DNA of 64,000 nucleotides from Azolla caroliniana (GCA_043228905.1 JBHGNT010000001.1:8742001-8806000), one strand, 5' to 3'; counted from the stretch's first letter, positions 51,176-64,000 are shown. The notes: generated by a model from the sequence alone, not told the origin. Made by a program: numbers and translations.

Positions 51176-52206
51176 AATTCTGTCACATTTGCAGGATATG
51201 GCCAAGTTGGAGGAACTGAAAGTGTTGTCTCCATATTTGACCAGATGAGAAGAAATGGAGTTTTAGCAAATCCGGTTGGAAATGCTTGTAGTCATACAAC
51301 CATGGTAGATAAAGGTCAAATATATTGTGAAGCCATGGTGATGAGCGTTTATTTATATGCTGATCAGCATGTGAGAATGGAAGAAGATGGATGAACATTG
51401 GGTCTTAGCCAATGATCACATGAGATGGGAAAAAGAGTCATGTATGTGTGTCCACCGCTCTTTGTAGTCTTCTACTTTGAGTCTCTGAGTTTTTTATTGG
51501 CCTATCATGGCCACAGCTTTTATGATGTTGTCAGACTAATCATTTTCTCATGTATGTAGAATTTATACTAATGAAGAATATTGTTTTGGAAAAAAGAAAA
51601 AAGAAAAAAAAGTGTTGTCGTTTGGTGCAACATATGTGATATAATGTGTGACATTTCGTTGTTTGGTGCAGTGTATATGATATTATGTGTGAAGCAAGAG
51701 CTTCACTAGGTCTCTCCTTAGTCTTCATATATTGTCAATGCAAAAATTTCTCATTCATTGAGGGATATATTGAGGCGTCATGAAGTAATCATACGTAATG
51801 CATCCCAAAATCCAAACAATTTCTTCTTATCTCGTTGAACATTCTTGCTCAATCTCCATGCATTTCAATGAAGTCTTGCATGATTTCAATGTGAAGTGAT
51901 TTTTGTGTTAAAAAAGCATGTATAATAATTGTATTTTGATGTCGAGAAACTTCACAAGAAAATACACTCCGAGGCAATTTCAAACTCCTTATTGAATTAA
52001 GATGCAACAATTTCAAAAACACTTGATGCTTTTGAGAGAGATTAGATAATTCTAACATCCATAGAGAGGCTAATATTAATCCTTGGGACCCGAGTACACA
52101 AGTTTTTTTTATGTGTCTCCTTCTAGAGTCTCGATGTGTGAATAAAGTGTATACATATGAGCTCGATCTTCCATGAGCTCAACCTTTCTAGGTGAATGAA
52201 TGAATG

Positions 52207-52256
52207 ATATATGTATATATATACATACATATATATATATATATTATACACATACA

Positions 52257-52335
<79 letters not shown>

Positions 52336-52424
52336 TAGGATCTATGGAAAAACAAAAGGCAATTGGGATGGGTGCAAAGGAAGGAAAGAATCAAAGAGAG
52401 AGGGGGGGGGGGGGGGGGGGGGGG
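52207..52424. repeat. Compound microsatellite (AT)n(ACAT)n(AT)n(AG)n and a poly-G run
   Basis: Directly visible. Confidence 0.95.
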
Positions 52425-53659
52425 TGAGTGAATGCATGCGTTAAATTAATGGAACAACAACTAAGGTATGGCCTCTTGCAAGGTGTAAATTTGCCATTTC
52501 AAGGACTTCCTTGGTTGAGCATATGTTGTTAACTCTTTTTCCACACCAAGGACTATATGATCCATGACTTGTAGATTGAGGTGGATCCAAATGTTTTGTT
52601 GTAATTACGGGATTGAGAATCAAATTTTAAAAAATATATATAAAATAAAAAATAAAAAACCGTTTAAACCGCGGGTTCACTGTTCGGTTCGGTTCAAACC
52701 AACCGAACCGAACCATTGCCGATTGTTAGTCTTGGCTTAGAAATAGTGTCACTCTAAATTTGTGGCTTAAAAATAAACATGGATGCATATGTAGTTGTTT
52801 TGTGTAATGTACTCAAGTGAGACAATATTGGGAACTCGATGATGTCTTTTTGGGATGTCACTTTTTGTCATCAAGAGGGTAATTTTCTTTTGTGCACATC
52901 TAGTACCATGCTCATTGGTTATTGTTAAATAGTAATTTGTTCACTTCACATGTTGGTTGTTGGAAAATAACGACGATAATCAAGGTAATTAGGTGGTCTT
53001 GAAAGACATTGATTTGAACGTTGATTTTCAAGCTTCACATAATTACTTATCTCTACCATGATAGGAAGGCTACACATTTATATTCGTGATAGGAAGGCTA
53101 GGGAGTTTCTAAAAAGTCAAAAATATTCACAAGAAATTGATAAGGCTATAGGAAAATCTTTGAACCTCCATTCCATATCCACTATATATGATACTTATTT
53201 AACCAACTCTTGCTACATGCCTACATTTGGATGTATCTCTATTCATTGTTAATGTTCAAAGATTGCGTGAACAAGATTTTATCAAATTTAATTCTAGTTT
53301 ATTGAAATACCTTAAATGTTGATTTGTGTTTGATTAGTCATTAAACAGGTAAACGTTCAAGCTCTCTCTCTCTCTCTTTTCATTCAAGATCCTATACACC
53401 TTGGCACTCACATTTACAAAGCTTTTAGAGGATCATGACAAATGTGGGCGTATTTGCAGGTAGTGTCACCTCTACCGCAAAAACATGTTCTACGAAAACT
53501 CCACAAACCATTTCATGCAAACTTAGTATATTTGTGAAGGTTCTAAAGTAAGCTTAATAAACCCCCTAGTCCTTTCTTATTTCAAAGATAATTGTGCGGT
53601 ATATAGTTTCTTCTTTTCTCTTTATCTTACAGGTTGACAAGAAGAAAATAAAATAGGTG

Positions 53660-54480
53660 GATGGGATTTGGGTAGTTCTGTGGACTGACAAGGGCGAGAT
53701 GGTGGATGCGGAAAATGAAGCATTTTCTGATTTTGGATAAGGATGAGTGATGATGGTGTTGAGGGTTGTACCATAGTTTAATGAGAGACGAGGAGAGTAG
53801 TGGACCATTTTGTTTTTTTAGGTACACGATTTTGGTGGTAAATCAACGAGAGTGAGATGGTTGATCTGGATTATTGAAGCACAATTCATGTTTTTGATAA
53901 GGACGAGTGATGGTGGTGTGGGGGTTGAAGCATAGTCTCTTCAGAAAACTAAGTTGTTTGTATGTATAGGATTGTGGGGTAATCCGCGAGAAGTTTGATG
54001 TGGACTTGAGGAAGCAAAATGCATGTTTTTGATAATGATGAGTGTTGGTGATACAGGGGGTTGAAGCATAATCTATTTAGAAGACTAGACTCATTTAGTT
54101 GTTTGTATGTGTAGGTTTTGGCAGTAATTCGCAAGAAGTTGATGTGGACTTGATGAAGCAAAATGTATGTGTTATTCAGCGAGATGGATGATGTGGACTT
54201 ACTGACGTAGAATTTATGTTTTGGATAAGGATGAGTGATGATGGTGTGGAGATCGACGCACATTCTTATGAGGAGATGAGGAATTTAGACACATTTTATT
54301 GTTTATGTGCAGGAATTTGGTGGTATTCGGCGAGATGGTTGATGAGGACTTAACGAAGCAATTTTTATGTTTTTTGATAAGCTCATGAGGAGAGGAGGAA
54401 ACTTGACTTAATTTGTTGTTGTATGTACAAGAATTTGGTGGTAATCCGACAAGATGGTTGATGGGGAAAGAGGAAGCATA
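53660..54480. repeat. Diverged tandem repeat, ~135-195 bp period, ~5 units
   Basis: GATAAGGATGAGTGATGATGGTG-like motif at ~53736, 53896, 54031, 54225. Confidence 0.75.
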
Positions 54481-55469
54481 GTTGTTGACTTTACAGCCAC
54501 GAATGTGGAAAGTGGTTCTCTTGAAAAACCAAAGAACGTAGTTGATCGCCTTCAAATCCGAGATGTACATGTTGAAGAAGTATTGAATGACTCATAACTA
54601 TGACCTGAGATGGTTTGTTTCCGAATAGAGCTACTTTCGTTGTTGCCTATGGATATGGATACCTTGCAATGTGTCTAGGGAATAGATTGTAATTGTTGGA
54701 TTGTTTCCTCAACTATTGCAGTGTGTCTAGGGAGTACATAGATTTGTTTCCTCAACTATTGTCTACGGAAGACAGGCTTGGGAGAAAATACTTTGTATGA
54801 TGTAACCGTTATGACCTTTCTTTATAACTAATGGAAGGATAATTTGTTTTGAAAAAAAAAAAGTAAGCTTAATAAAGCAATTTGAGCATTTTATACTGAT
54901 ATAACAATATGATTGGTTTCTCTCAAATTTTATGAAGGGATATTATACTTAATAAGGAATATTACGTTTTCTTGCAATTTACTTGACATAATTCAATTGT
55001 TGATTTAAACATTCTCTAATTTTGAATTGATACAAAATATTTATGTTAACAAGACACAATAGACGAGTGGAATCCATCATAATCGTTGATACTTTCAATA
55101 TATTATGCGGCCCATAGAATGAACCATACGTAGTATACGTGCATTCGCATTCGAGAATGATTCAATCAAACGTGTATGGTAAATCATCTCAAAGTTGGAC
55201 TGGATTGACTGGGGTCTATATTATATATTGATTCACTCTCAATCCTAATAAGTGAACTCTAATCCATTGTGAACCACCAACATATTTGCATTGTATCACA
55301 TGCATACTTTTGGGATGCTTCTTAAGAATCAAGACATCTCTATCATCCTCACTTTAGAACTTTACAAAAAAATGAGCATGAACTATAGAGATTGAATCAA
55401 AATATGTCATTATAAATTATAATCAAACACTCAAAAATTCATAAAATGTATATTCGAGAATATGAAGAA

Positions 55470-55990
55470 AACATGACATAGGCTGTATTAGCATAACAAC
55501 TTACCACTAGGGTGACCTAATTTCTAATAACAAAGAAAGAAAAAAGGAACATGACACTAACATAAAATTTTGCCATGACATAGGCAGTAGTAGCATAACA
55601 ACTTACCACTCATGTGAGCTAATTTCTAATAACAAAAAAAGAAAGAAAAAGAAGAAAAAGGAACATGACACTAACATAAAATTTTGCCATGACACTAAGA
55701 AGAGGATATGAGAAAGTTGGGAATTGAACTCAAGACACAAGTAATGGTAGCACAACAACTTACCACTAAGTTGTGCTTAGTTGTAATAATAAAGAAATAA
55801 AAGAAAAAAACTATTATAACACTAACATAAAATTTTGCTATGACATGGTACTAATGAGAGAGAAAGAGAGAAAGAGATGAGAAAATTGGGAACCAAACCC
55901 AAGACATAGACAACAATAGCATGACTCCATACCACTAGGGTGAGCTAAATTGTAATGGTAATAAATGAAAAAAAGGAACAAAAAAGGAGC
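55470..55990. repeat. Diverged AT-rich tandem repeat (~100-170 bp, ~4 units)
   Basis: ACAACTTACCACT and ACACTAACATAAAATTTTGC recur. Confidence 0.8.
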
Positions 55991-56778
55991 ACATATTTTT
56001 CCCATTTCAAACGTGTTCGTTTCCAAACGTTGGAATGCTTGCACGAACATAAATATTACATTCTATGATTATGCCTTTACAACATAGTTCTTCTAAGGGT
56101 ACCAAATATCCAAGATGACCTACATTGCCTAGATTGGCTCCATTAGCAATTTCTAACCACCACAAGCTTCAACTAAAAAATATATTGCTATGATGAATGT
56201 TAGAAAATCATTAAGGGTAGCTATTTATGGTCAATACTTATGATAAACATTAAATTAAAAGATAAAAGAAAATGAATAGAACAATGGTGCTTAACCACAT
56301 AAATCAAGACTCTTGAGAAAAGGAAAATGGATGAATACAAAACCCCATCAGTGTCTCATATTGCCAAATGTGGCATTGTCTTATATATTGGAAGTTCCAA
56401 CAAACCATAGATATGAAACCAGAGAGCTTTGCCTTGCCATTAGAGTTTGAAAACACACATATGTGGATGTGTTCAAAGGGTAAGCTAGTCCCCTTTTATA
56501 TTCTTGAATTCAATTAGACTGTCAAATTGCGACATCTTCCCACATATCCTATTTGCATATGGGTTATTCAAATTCCTTGGATAACCAGTTTCTCAATCAT
56601 CCTACAATCACATCCATTAAAAATAGCCCTTAACATTAGTTCTTATGGCTATACCATAATATTGGCCTACACATTATCATCTTGAAATTAGTTGATTAAA
56701 TCAAAGAATCCATGAAGTCATCAAGTTTGATACTTGATCATGGTACAATGAAGAAAAAGAACAATTACCCTATCTTTC

Positions 56779-57238
56779 TTTTTTTTAAACCAAAACAACA
56801 CTACTTCGCATTAGTTAGCAAACAAAATAGAACAAAGTTCAACCTGAATCCATAGTGGGATCAATATATACAAAATGGAGGAACAACTCCAAAACCAACA
56901 AAAAAAACAACAAAACTCACGCGGCCCTTATCCCCAACAAAATTGAAATAAACCCCAATTTACCCCCGTCTCTACGTATCCCAACGTACTCTTTTATAAC
57001 AAAGTTATCCGGGTAACACGACTCTGATAACCCACTTGTGCTCCAACTATACATACATATTTACATCATATGTACAATATTAGGAGTCATTGGTGGAAAT
57101 AGCCACCTAGGCGCTTGATAGTTCCCCTTAGGCCTCGTCGAAGATTTGACCACCATCGGAGAACCACCCCATTTCAACAAGAACTATGACCTTGCCCTTT
57201 CTGCTTCATTTGATTCCCCCTAAATCGAGTCATACCAT
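56779..57238 (-). mobile_element. 3' end of a second LINE copy of the same family, interrupted by a family-G LTR
   Basis: CATTAGTTAGCAAAC and CCCTTTCTGCTTCAT shared with 47990-48300; T-run at 56779. Confidence 0.85.
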
Positions 57239-57675
57239 TGTCGTGGGGAATTCCGACTACTAGGAGAAAAGGAGCCGGAGAGCGCGGGAACAGGGGTGTG
57301 ACGGATGCACACAAAGTTGTCTTTAAGTATAAAACATGTGTAAATAACATTGAACTAGTAAGTACTAGGGAGTAGGATTTTGATGGGTACTTTAATGTTC
57401 CACAAAAGAGAAGAATAAAGCATGTGTGGGGAGGAAACCAAGGAAGAATCGCTGACAAAATCGGTTGTCTTAAACATAATGTAACAACCTCCCCTTGTGC
57501 TATAAAAGGGGAGGTTTTGAACTGTTGCGGAATTCCACAATTTTGGAGAAGGAGGCACTGCTGGACCGAGCTCTGCAGGCTTACTTCCCCTTCTCTGTCT
57601 TCTGGTTTCCCGTCGTCATGTTGTGAGGCCTCCATTTCGCGCTAGTAGCATGTGTGCTTCCAATCGGAGGCTCGC

Positions 57676-57708
<33 letters not shown>

Positions 57709-59190
57709 TGTGTGTGTGTGTGTGTGTAACGAGCTCGAAGCTCTTTCCCGGCCGCATCCGGATCTAATCTTTCTTTGTTCTCTGTTAATCATTATTTTGT
57801 TGATTCTATCCTTGTGTTCAAGCATTACCTCTTTGTCTCTGTTGGTCTCAAGTTTGTTGTGCCTGAGCCCGTGCGCTCTTCCATTGAGATCTGGTCGTTG
57901 ATCCGGAACAATATATGTCTCTGAGCCTGTGCGCTCACCATTTGGCATCGAGGACTTGATCCGGATCGGATACGTGTTCGGAAACCGATATGGCGAAGTT
58001 ATCTGGAAACCGAACAAGACAACCTTCCTCTCTCACCGGCTCCTTGGTCTGAGACCCCGGTGGTCCCACCCCATTTCAACACACACACGACATCTATGGT
58101 GAACCTGACGTGAAAAGGGCAACAGAGGAGTCTAAAGATGAGGGGGAGCGAACTAGCAAAGGCGATGGCGGTGGCCGTCGACCGCATAGTAAATGCGCGG
58201 GAGAGCGCAGGTGGCCTCAACAGGGCCATAGAGATGATAGTCGGCACGATAGGCCGATTTAATGGGAAGGATGTGACAAGCTATCTGGAGGCCTACCGGG
58301 CTGAAATGATAATGAGGGACATCCTGGAGGACAGACGGTTGTCCAGATTCCAGCGGATAGTAATGTTGAACACCCACGCGGAGGTGCTCGAGATCCAAGC
58401 CAACTGTTGGAGTTGGCCAGAGATCGAGGGACGACTCCTCAAGAGATATGGTTTCGACGACTCGCTCTAGTTGTCGAAGCGGGAGGTCATGGAGTGGGTC
58501 GAGAGCCCGGGAAAAGGGAGGAATATATCGGCGCTTCTCTAGGAGTTCGAAAAACGATTCTCTCGACTCTCGGCGTTGGACCGGACTATGCACAATACAA
58601 GCAAGCTCCTATTGTTCATCAAGTCAGTAGATGCATTGGATCAGGAGAAGGTGGGTCTCCTCTTGGAGACGGACAAAGGGATCACGGCCGACTGGGTCAT
58701 TGTCGAAAGAGTTTGTAGCCGTTTCAACAAGCGGCCGGAATGGAATGACATGGGGGCGTTAACAGCCGGCCCGACTACCAGGAACAGGTCGGAGGAGATT
58801 CCGACTCGGTCGGAATATACTAGGAGGTGGCTCGAGCCGGGCGCGGCTCCAATCGATATGGTCCCTCGAACTAGTATGAGACCCGGAGTGGGCTGAAGAA
58901 GAATGACGGAGGCCCAATCGGCCCACAGGAGAAGACGAAGTTTTCGAGCTTCCGATTGAGCTCGGAGATAGAGAGAGAGACAGACCTACAGAAGGTCTTG
59001 GAGGAATGAATCCTCGACAGCCTGGTGGAACTCACCCTGAGGGAGGTGCTAGGAATAGCAAAGGAGTTCCACAATTCTATTGTCGACCTAATGAAGAGAA
59101 AGCAGCTCTCGTTAGAGCCGGAGCCGGAGAAGCTGGTCGAAGTGAAGGCGGCCCACATCCAAGAGGCGGCGATGGAAGAAGAGTTTTGGG
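57239..59190 (+). mobile_element. Old family-G relative: 5' LTR 57239-58092, PBS 58097-58114, internally deleted gag from 58138
   Basis: TGTCGTGG...CACGACA; TGGTGAACCTGACGTGAA; MRGSELAKAMAVAVDRIV. Confidence 0.88.
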
Positions 59191-59793
59191 GATCCACCGT
59201 TTTCAAGGAAAACAAAGTGTTGCCGGGTTATGATCCGAGCTCTCTCGTTTCTTCCGTTTTTTGTTCTATTTTGAGTTCGGGAAGGTGGAGTCCTCTACTT
59301 GCGTAGGAAGCCCGTGTGCTCCTGACCAGAGGCTGTGATTCTGTGTGTGTGTGTGTGTGTGCGTGTGTGTGCGTGTACAACTGGTCGTGTTCGGTTGCAA
59401 TCCTTCCTACGTTTCCTCTGTTCATCTTGGGTTCGTTGTGCCTAAGCCCACGTGCTCGTCCGTTGAGCTTTGGCCACTGATCCGGAGCGGTATACATCTT
59501 TGAGCCCCTGCACTCATTGTCCTACATCCGAGAACTAATTCGAACCGGAAACTTTTTTGGAGACGATCCAATAAAGTTATTTGGAACCTGACCCGAACCT
59601 CCTCCCTTCTCCATTTCTCATTCCCGCTTACCGGCTCCTTGGCCCAAGACCCCGGTGGTCCCGCCCCGGATCCTAAACGTACTCGGGGATTCCCGTGACA
59701 TATTCGGTGAACATGATGTGAAAGGGGCGGTGAGGGAGTCCGAAGATGGGGGGGAGCGAACTAGCGGAGACGATGGTCGTGGTCGTCGACCAC
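59190..59793 (+). mobile_element. Family-G-related partial 5' LTR (ends 59700), decayed PBS and gag start
   Basis: Similar to the 3' half of the 57239 LTR; ...CGTGACA TATT CGGTGAACATGATGTGAA. Confidence 0.75.
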
Positions 59794-60984
59794 TGTCATG
59801 GATAGAAAATATACACAAGAGAGTAGACGATAATCAAAGGGATGAGTTGATTATTGAAAGACTCCGTAACTGGTGTTGTTTACCTTGATTGTAATCTAGG
59901 TGAACACACATATTTATACAAGTTCTGAGATTGAATATCTCTAGAATATACCCATCTAGAATATTTCTAGAATATTCTGAATGTACTATATTCTAGACTA
60001 TACAATATTAAACCATATACAATTTATATGTAACTTAAAGGTTTCTAAATGGTTTATCTAAAACTAAGTATTGGGTGTTATAAGTTAGAGGTTCGAGTTT
60101 AGATGTGACATTATGCCCCCCCCCCCCCCCCCTTATGTCGCCTTTCCCAACCGGTCGTTGGTTTGTGGGGATACCGGAGATGAAAATCCTGGACCACCTC
60201 TAGGGCATTTTGTGGTTCCCACGTGGCATCAGACAGGGGGTAACCCTTCCACAAGACAAGGTATTGCATGTGTCGACGGTGCAAATGTGAGTCAAGTATT
60301 TGGCCGACTTCGTATTCCTCCCCGGTCGTCAATTGCACAGGTGGTGGTGGTGGGGCCTAGCGTCCTGGGAGTTGCGAAGCATAATGGGGTTCGAGGAGGG
60401 AGACATGAAAAACATCATGAATCTAGAAGTGGGAACGGAAGGGCCATCCGGAAGGCAATGGGATTGATGCGCTCAACTATATGGAATGGTCCCAACTTCT
60501 TGTAATCAAGTTTCGTACATGGACGGGTAGTAGAGATGTGTCATCGTAACAACCAGACCATGTCACCGACCACAAAGGGTGGAGTGGCAAAGCGATGGCA
60601 ATCAACGTGCTTCTTGTATTGTTCGCCAATGAGACTAAGTTCTAAGGAGAAGTCATGATGTAGCTCTTTTAAAACGCGAGCTCGAGCCTCTACCGAAGGG
60701 TTCACAGAAGTGGTAGGGAGGGGAATGTTGAACCGTGGATGTAAACCATAGTTTGCAAAGAAGGGAATGACGCCAGTCAATGCATGGAGAGAATTATTGT
60801 AGGCAAATTCTGCAAGGTGAAAGTAAGGTGACCCAATCATCTTGCTGGTAATTAACTGAGCACCAAAGATATTGCTCAAGGATTTGGTTGATGCGATCCG
60901 TCTGACCATCAGTTTGGGGGTGATAGGCGGAGGCCAACTTGACGGAGATGCCTAAAGTGTGCAAAAGCAAAGCCTAAACTTGAC

Positions 60985-61493
60985 GGAGATTCCTAGAATA
61001 GAATATACCGAGGAAATTCTAGGTAATGCCTAAACTTCACCGAATATTGAGGGCAATTCGGCACTGGTTGGGTGTTGTGGAGGGTTGTTGCAGACTATCT
61101 CGAATCTTGTTTGTTGGCAAGAGTATGGAGGACAAGTGGGGGACGAGTAGGGAACGGAAATTAGTATTAGTAATTAATTAGTTATAATTATGATAGGAAC
61201 TGACAGATACGGAATAGTTGCACCGATCTGGATCCGGACCGATTCGTAGGTGGTTGCTGGTATGACACCGTTTTGTAATCAGAACTGGAGGCCTATAAAA
61301 GGATCTAGAAAGCAATGTCATGAGCACGGAAGTAATATAAGTTGAATTTGGATTTCAGTATTTTGTATCTTGTCTACTACCGTTTGTGCTTCATTTTGTG
61401 TCTTACGCGTGTCAATCATTTTGTATCTATTATCATTCTGGAACAGTCGGATTAGAATCATATCTGTGCCGGTTAATATCCTACCTGTAACCA
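60985..61493. repeat. Possible LTR remnant replacing part of the chromovirus integrase
   Basis: Non-coding block with TATAAAA at ~61294 between INT and RH pieces; termini and TSD not resolved. Confidence 0.4.
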
Positions 61494-62049
61494 CCCCTTT
61501 GGTGAAGTGATCCAAAAGGACACCCTGTGTTTGTGGCTAGTTCAGCCCAGGATAAGTATCATTGGCAAATGCATCAGTCGTGGATGCATCGATGATCTGT
61601 TGGAGTAACGAATCATCCTGCAACATACAAGTGGCAAAAAGATGTAATTGGTTGGGTTTCAACAAACAGCGAGATTGTTGAGCAAGAGCAGCATCCCCGG
61701 GGTGGATTGCAAGTTCGGCTCAACGAGAAAGGGCATCGACCTTCCCATGTTGGCCACCAGGCCGAAATATGATCTCAAGATAATAGCCAGTGAGAAATGT
61801 AGACCAATAGGCCTGCCTTTGATTCAAACTACGAGTGGTGGAAAAATAAACTAAATTCTTATGATTAGTTACTACTTGGACACGGTGTTGTGCGATGACC
61901 AAGTATGGGCGCCATTCTTCAAAGGCAACAATGATAGCGGCAATCTCCTTGTCGTATATTGGATAATGGATTTTGAATTTTATGAATTTGCGGGAATAAT
62001 AGGGCATTGGGTGCATGATGATGGTGCCGTCCGCCTGGGATAAGATGGT

Positions 62050-62504
62050 TGTTGAGAGACAAGCTCAACATCGGCCAGATCGGTTGAGAAGGTCGAGGAC
62101 CGGATCGGTTGGGACCGATCGGTTAGGCCAGACCGGTGCATAAAACGGATGCGTAAACCAGTACGCAAACCGGTGCGTAGGAAGGCCGTATCGGTCCGTA
62201 AACCGAAAGGCCGTTAGAAAGATATTCCTCGTAAGAAATAGTTTTGGGAGTAAGAGTCGAGGCTCATTTATGAGCAGTCAAGTACTATCAATACTTGTGT
62301 CAGCCTGATTGTCCGGGCTTGTATAAAAGTGCTCACTGAGCACATCCTATGTACAGATTTGAGTATTATTTTTTGAATTAAGTTCTTGTGTTTACTCTCT
62401 CTCTCTGTCTCTCCCGTGCGTACTATGCAAACCTAAGCTTTCCATTAAACCTGCGTCTTCTGTTGTTCGGTTTCCTATATTGCTTCCGCACGACATTCTT
62501 TTCA
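62050..62504 (+). repeat. Solo LTR (455 bp) inserted in the chromovirus RNase H
   Basis: TG...CA termini; TSD ATGGT (62045-62049)/ATGGC (62505-62509); removal restores FAIGA-ILSQ. Confidence 0.9.
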
Positions 62505-63131
62505 ATGGCGCCAATTGCGAAGTCAGTGGCATCGGTTTCGACTTGGAAGGGTCTTGCGGGGTCAACATGTAGAAGCAGGGGGCTAGTGATGAATGTGTGT
62601 TTGAGTGAGCCGAACACATTTTGTGCCGTCTAGGTCCATAAAAAGGGACTACCTTTGTGGGTGAGGGCGATAAGAGGTTGGGCTAGGGTGGAAAACCCCT
62701 TGATGAAGCGACGGTAACAATTTGCGGAGCCGAGGAAGGATTGCACATCTTTAAGTTACCCACTCCTGAATGACTGAGACCTTCTTCATATCCATCGTGA
62801 TGCCAGTGGGCGAGGTGATGTAGCCCAAGAATTCAATCTAGGTACGGTCGAACTCATATTTCTCACTTTTGGCATAAAGGTCGTGCTCCCGAAGTTTACC
62901 AAGAACTAATCGGGCATGGCGGGTGTGCTCCGCCATGTTTAGCAAAAAACTGAGAATATCATCAAGGTAGATGACCATGAAATGATCAAGATATTCCCGG
63001 AATATATCGTTCATCATATGCACTGAAAAACAGTTGGGGCGTTAGTAAGGCCAAAAGGCATTACCTTGTATTCGAAATGCCCATACCTTGATCGGAATGC
63101 AGTTTTCCATTCATCATCGGGCTTGATGCGT

Positions 63132-64000
63132 TGTCGCGGCAATCCGCACTTGTGGGTGACCACACTCTGTGAGCTACTTAGAGCTCCTCTATATGTTGGA
63201 CGGTCGAGCCTTCGACGAAACTCGTGGGACTCGGTCCCCGTTGTAACGGTCGACTTCTTCGACCTCGCCCATCTTGATGTGCCGCCTCTTGACTCTCCTT
63301 CTCGAAGTCTTCAGCCTCGAACTCCATCCTCCCTTGCCGCCCTTCACATCGAGTTCACCAAAGATGGCGCAGAAATCCGCGCTTGCATGTCGGATCCAGG
63401 TGGGACCATCACGGTCATGGACCAGGAGAGGAGGAGCTTCCGGAAACCGGAAACCTTTGGAGCTTGCCGCGTTGCCGGCCGGTTCCGGATGCTTTCCGAA
63501 AGCAGCCCGTAAATGCATGGAGAGAGAGATCGCGCGCACTTGTCTGCTCGGCCCTTCTGCCCGTATGTATAAGGGCCTCAAAAGAAGCACGAGCCATGGC
63601 CCGGTTCACCACGCCCGCACCCACACATATATACACTGGTTACGACTGACACTCCTAACCAGTTAACTACACACGCACACGCACTCAAGGCCCCTAACAC
63701 CTACGCTGCCTCCTAGGGACACACACGCATGCATACACGCTGACTCCACACAGAACCTAACGACGACCTCTCATCGCCAAGCTGCCAATCGGGAGCACAC
63801 GGGCTCACCACGCGGATGGGGCCTTGCACGATAGAGAGGGGAACCTAACGCTGACCCTTCAAGCACACGGGCTCGTCTTGAACAGCCACACTGCAGAGAC
63901 AGCTGAGGCACTCAGACAAAGATGTGGTGAGGAGAAGCAAAACATAGACAGAGAAAGACAGAAGACAGACCGCGCTCTGCCGTAGACGGACCCACACACA
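63132..64000 (-). repeat. Probable LTR with a family-G-like terminus, running off the window
   Basis: Chromovirus RT breaks abruptly at GCGT|TGTCGCGG; downstream sequence is non-coding with CA-rich tracts. Confidence 0.6.

Larger units (their letters stand above)
59794..63131 (-). mobile_element. Degenerate chromovirus (Tcn1-like appearance): 3' LTR 59794-60110, PPT, chromodomain, INT, RH, RT
   Basis: TGTCA...TGACA LTR; EYEVGQILDS...YLVLWKGYP..DATWEP; YPIYDKEIAAI; ETDATDFAIGA; IYLDDIL. Confidence 0.88.

Noticed and set aside
1-64000. Numerous antisense and short ORFs in the track
   Set aside because: Shadows of GC-rich TE coding sequence, or LTR and microsatellite read-throughs, with no recognisable domains

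Overview
Eukaryotic, repeat-dominated plant DNA with no intact host gene. A non-seed land plant, plausibly a fern, is inferred from the element types and a PLS-type PPR fragment. Bases 1-44.8 kb are a deeply nested LTR-retrotransposon cluster: four Ty1/copia elements (Tnt1/Tto1-related; tRNA-iMet PBS where the 5' end is present; 5-bp TSDs where both ends are visible), solo LTRs, a non-chromovirus gypsy, a chromovirus, and several members of one unusual Ty3/gypsy group, here called family G. Bases 44.8-57.2 kb are AT-rich older DNA containing a 5'-truncated L1-like LINE with a clean TSD, decayed MAPK and PPR fragments, and diverged repeats. Bases 57.2-64 kb are a second nest. Family G is the most notable signal. 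It has a tRNA-Trp PBS and 4-bp target sites centred on CpG. Its gag-protease ORF ends at a G_GAT_TTT slippery heptamer plus a predicted pseudoknot, i.e. a candidate -1 frameshift between protease and RT rather than between gag and protease. It also has non-autonomous partners with a divergent gag and an expanded acidic repeat module. All coordinates and identities were read by eye; no searches were run.
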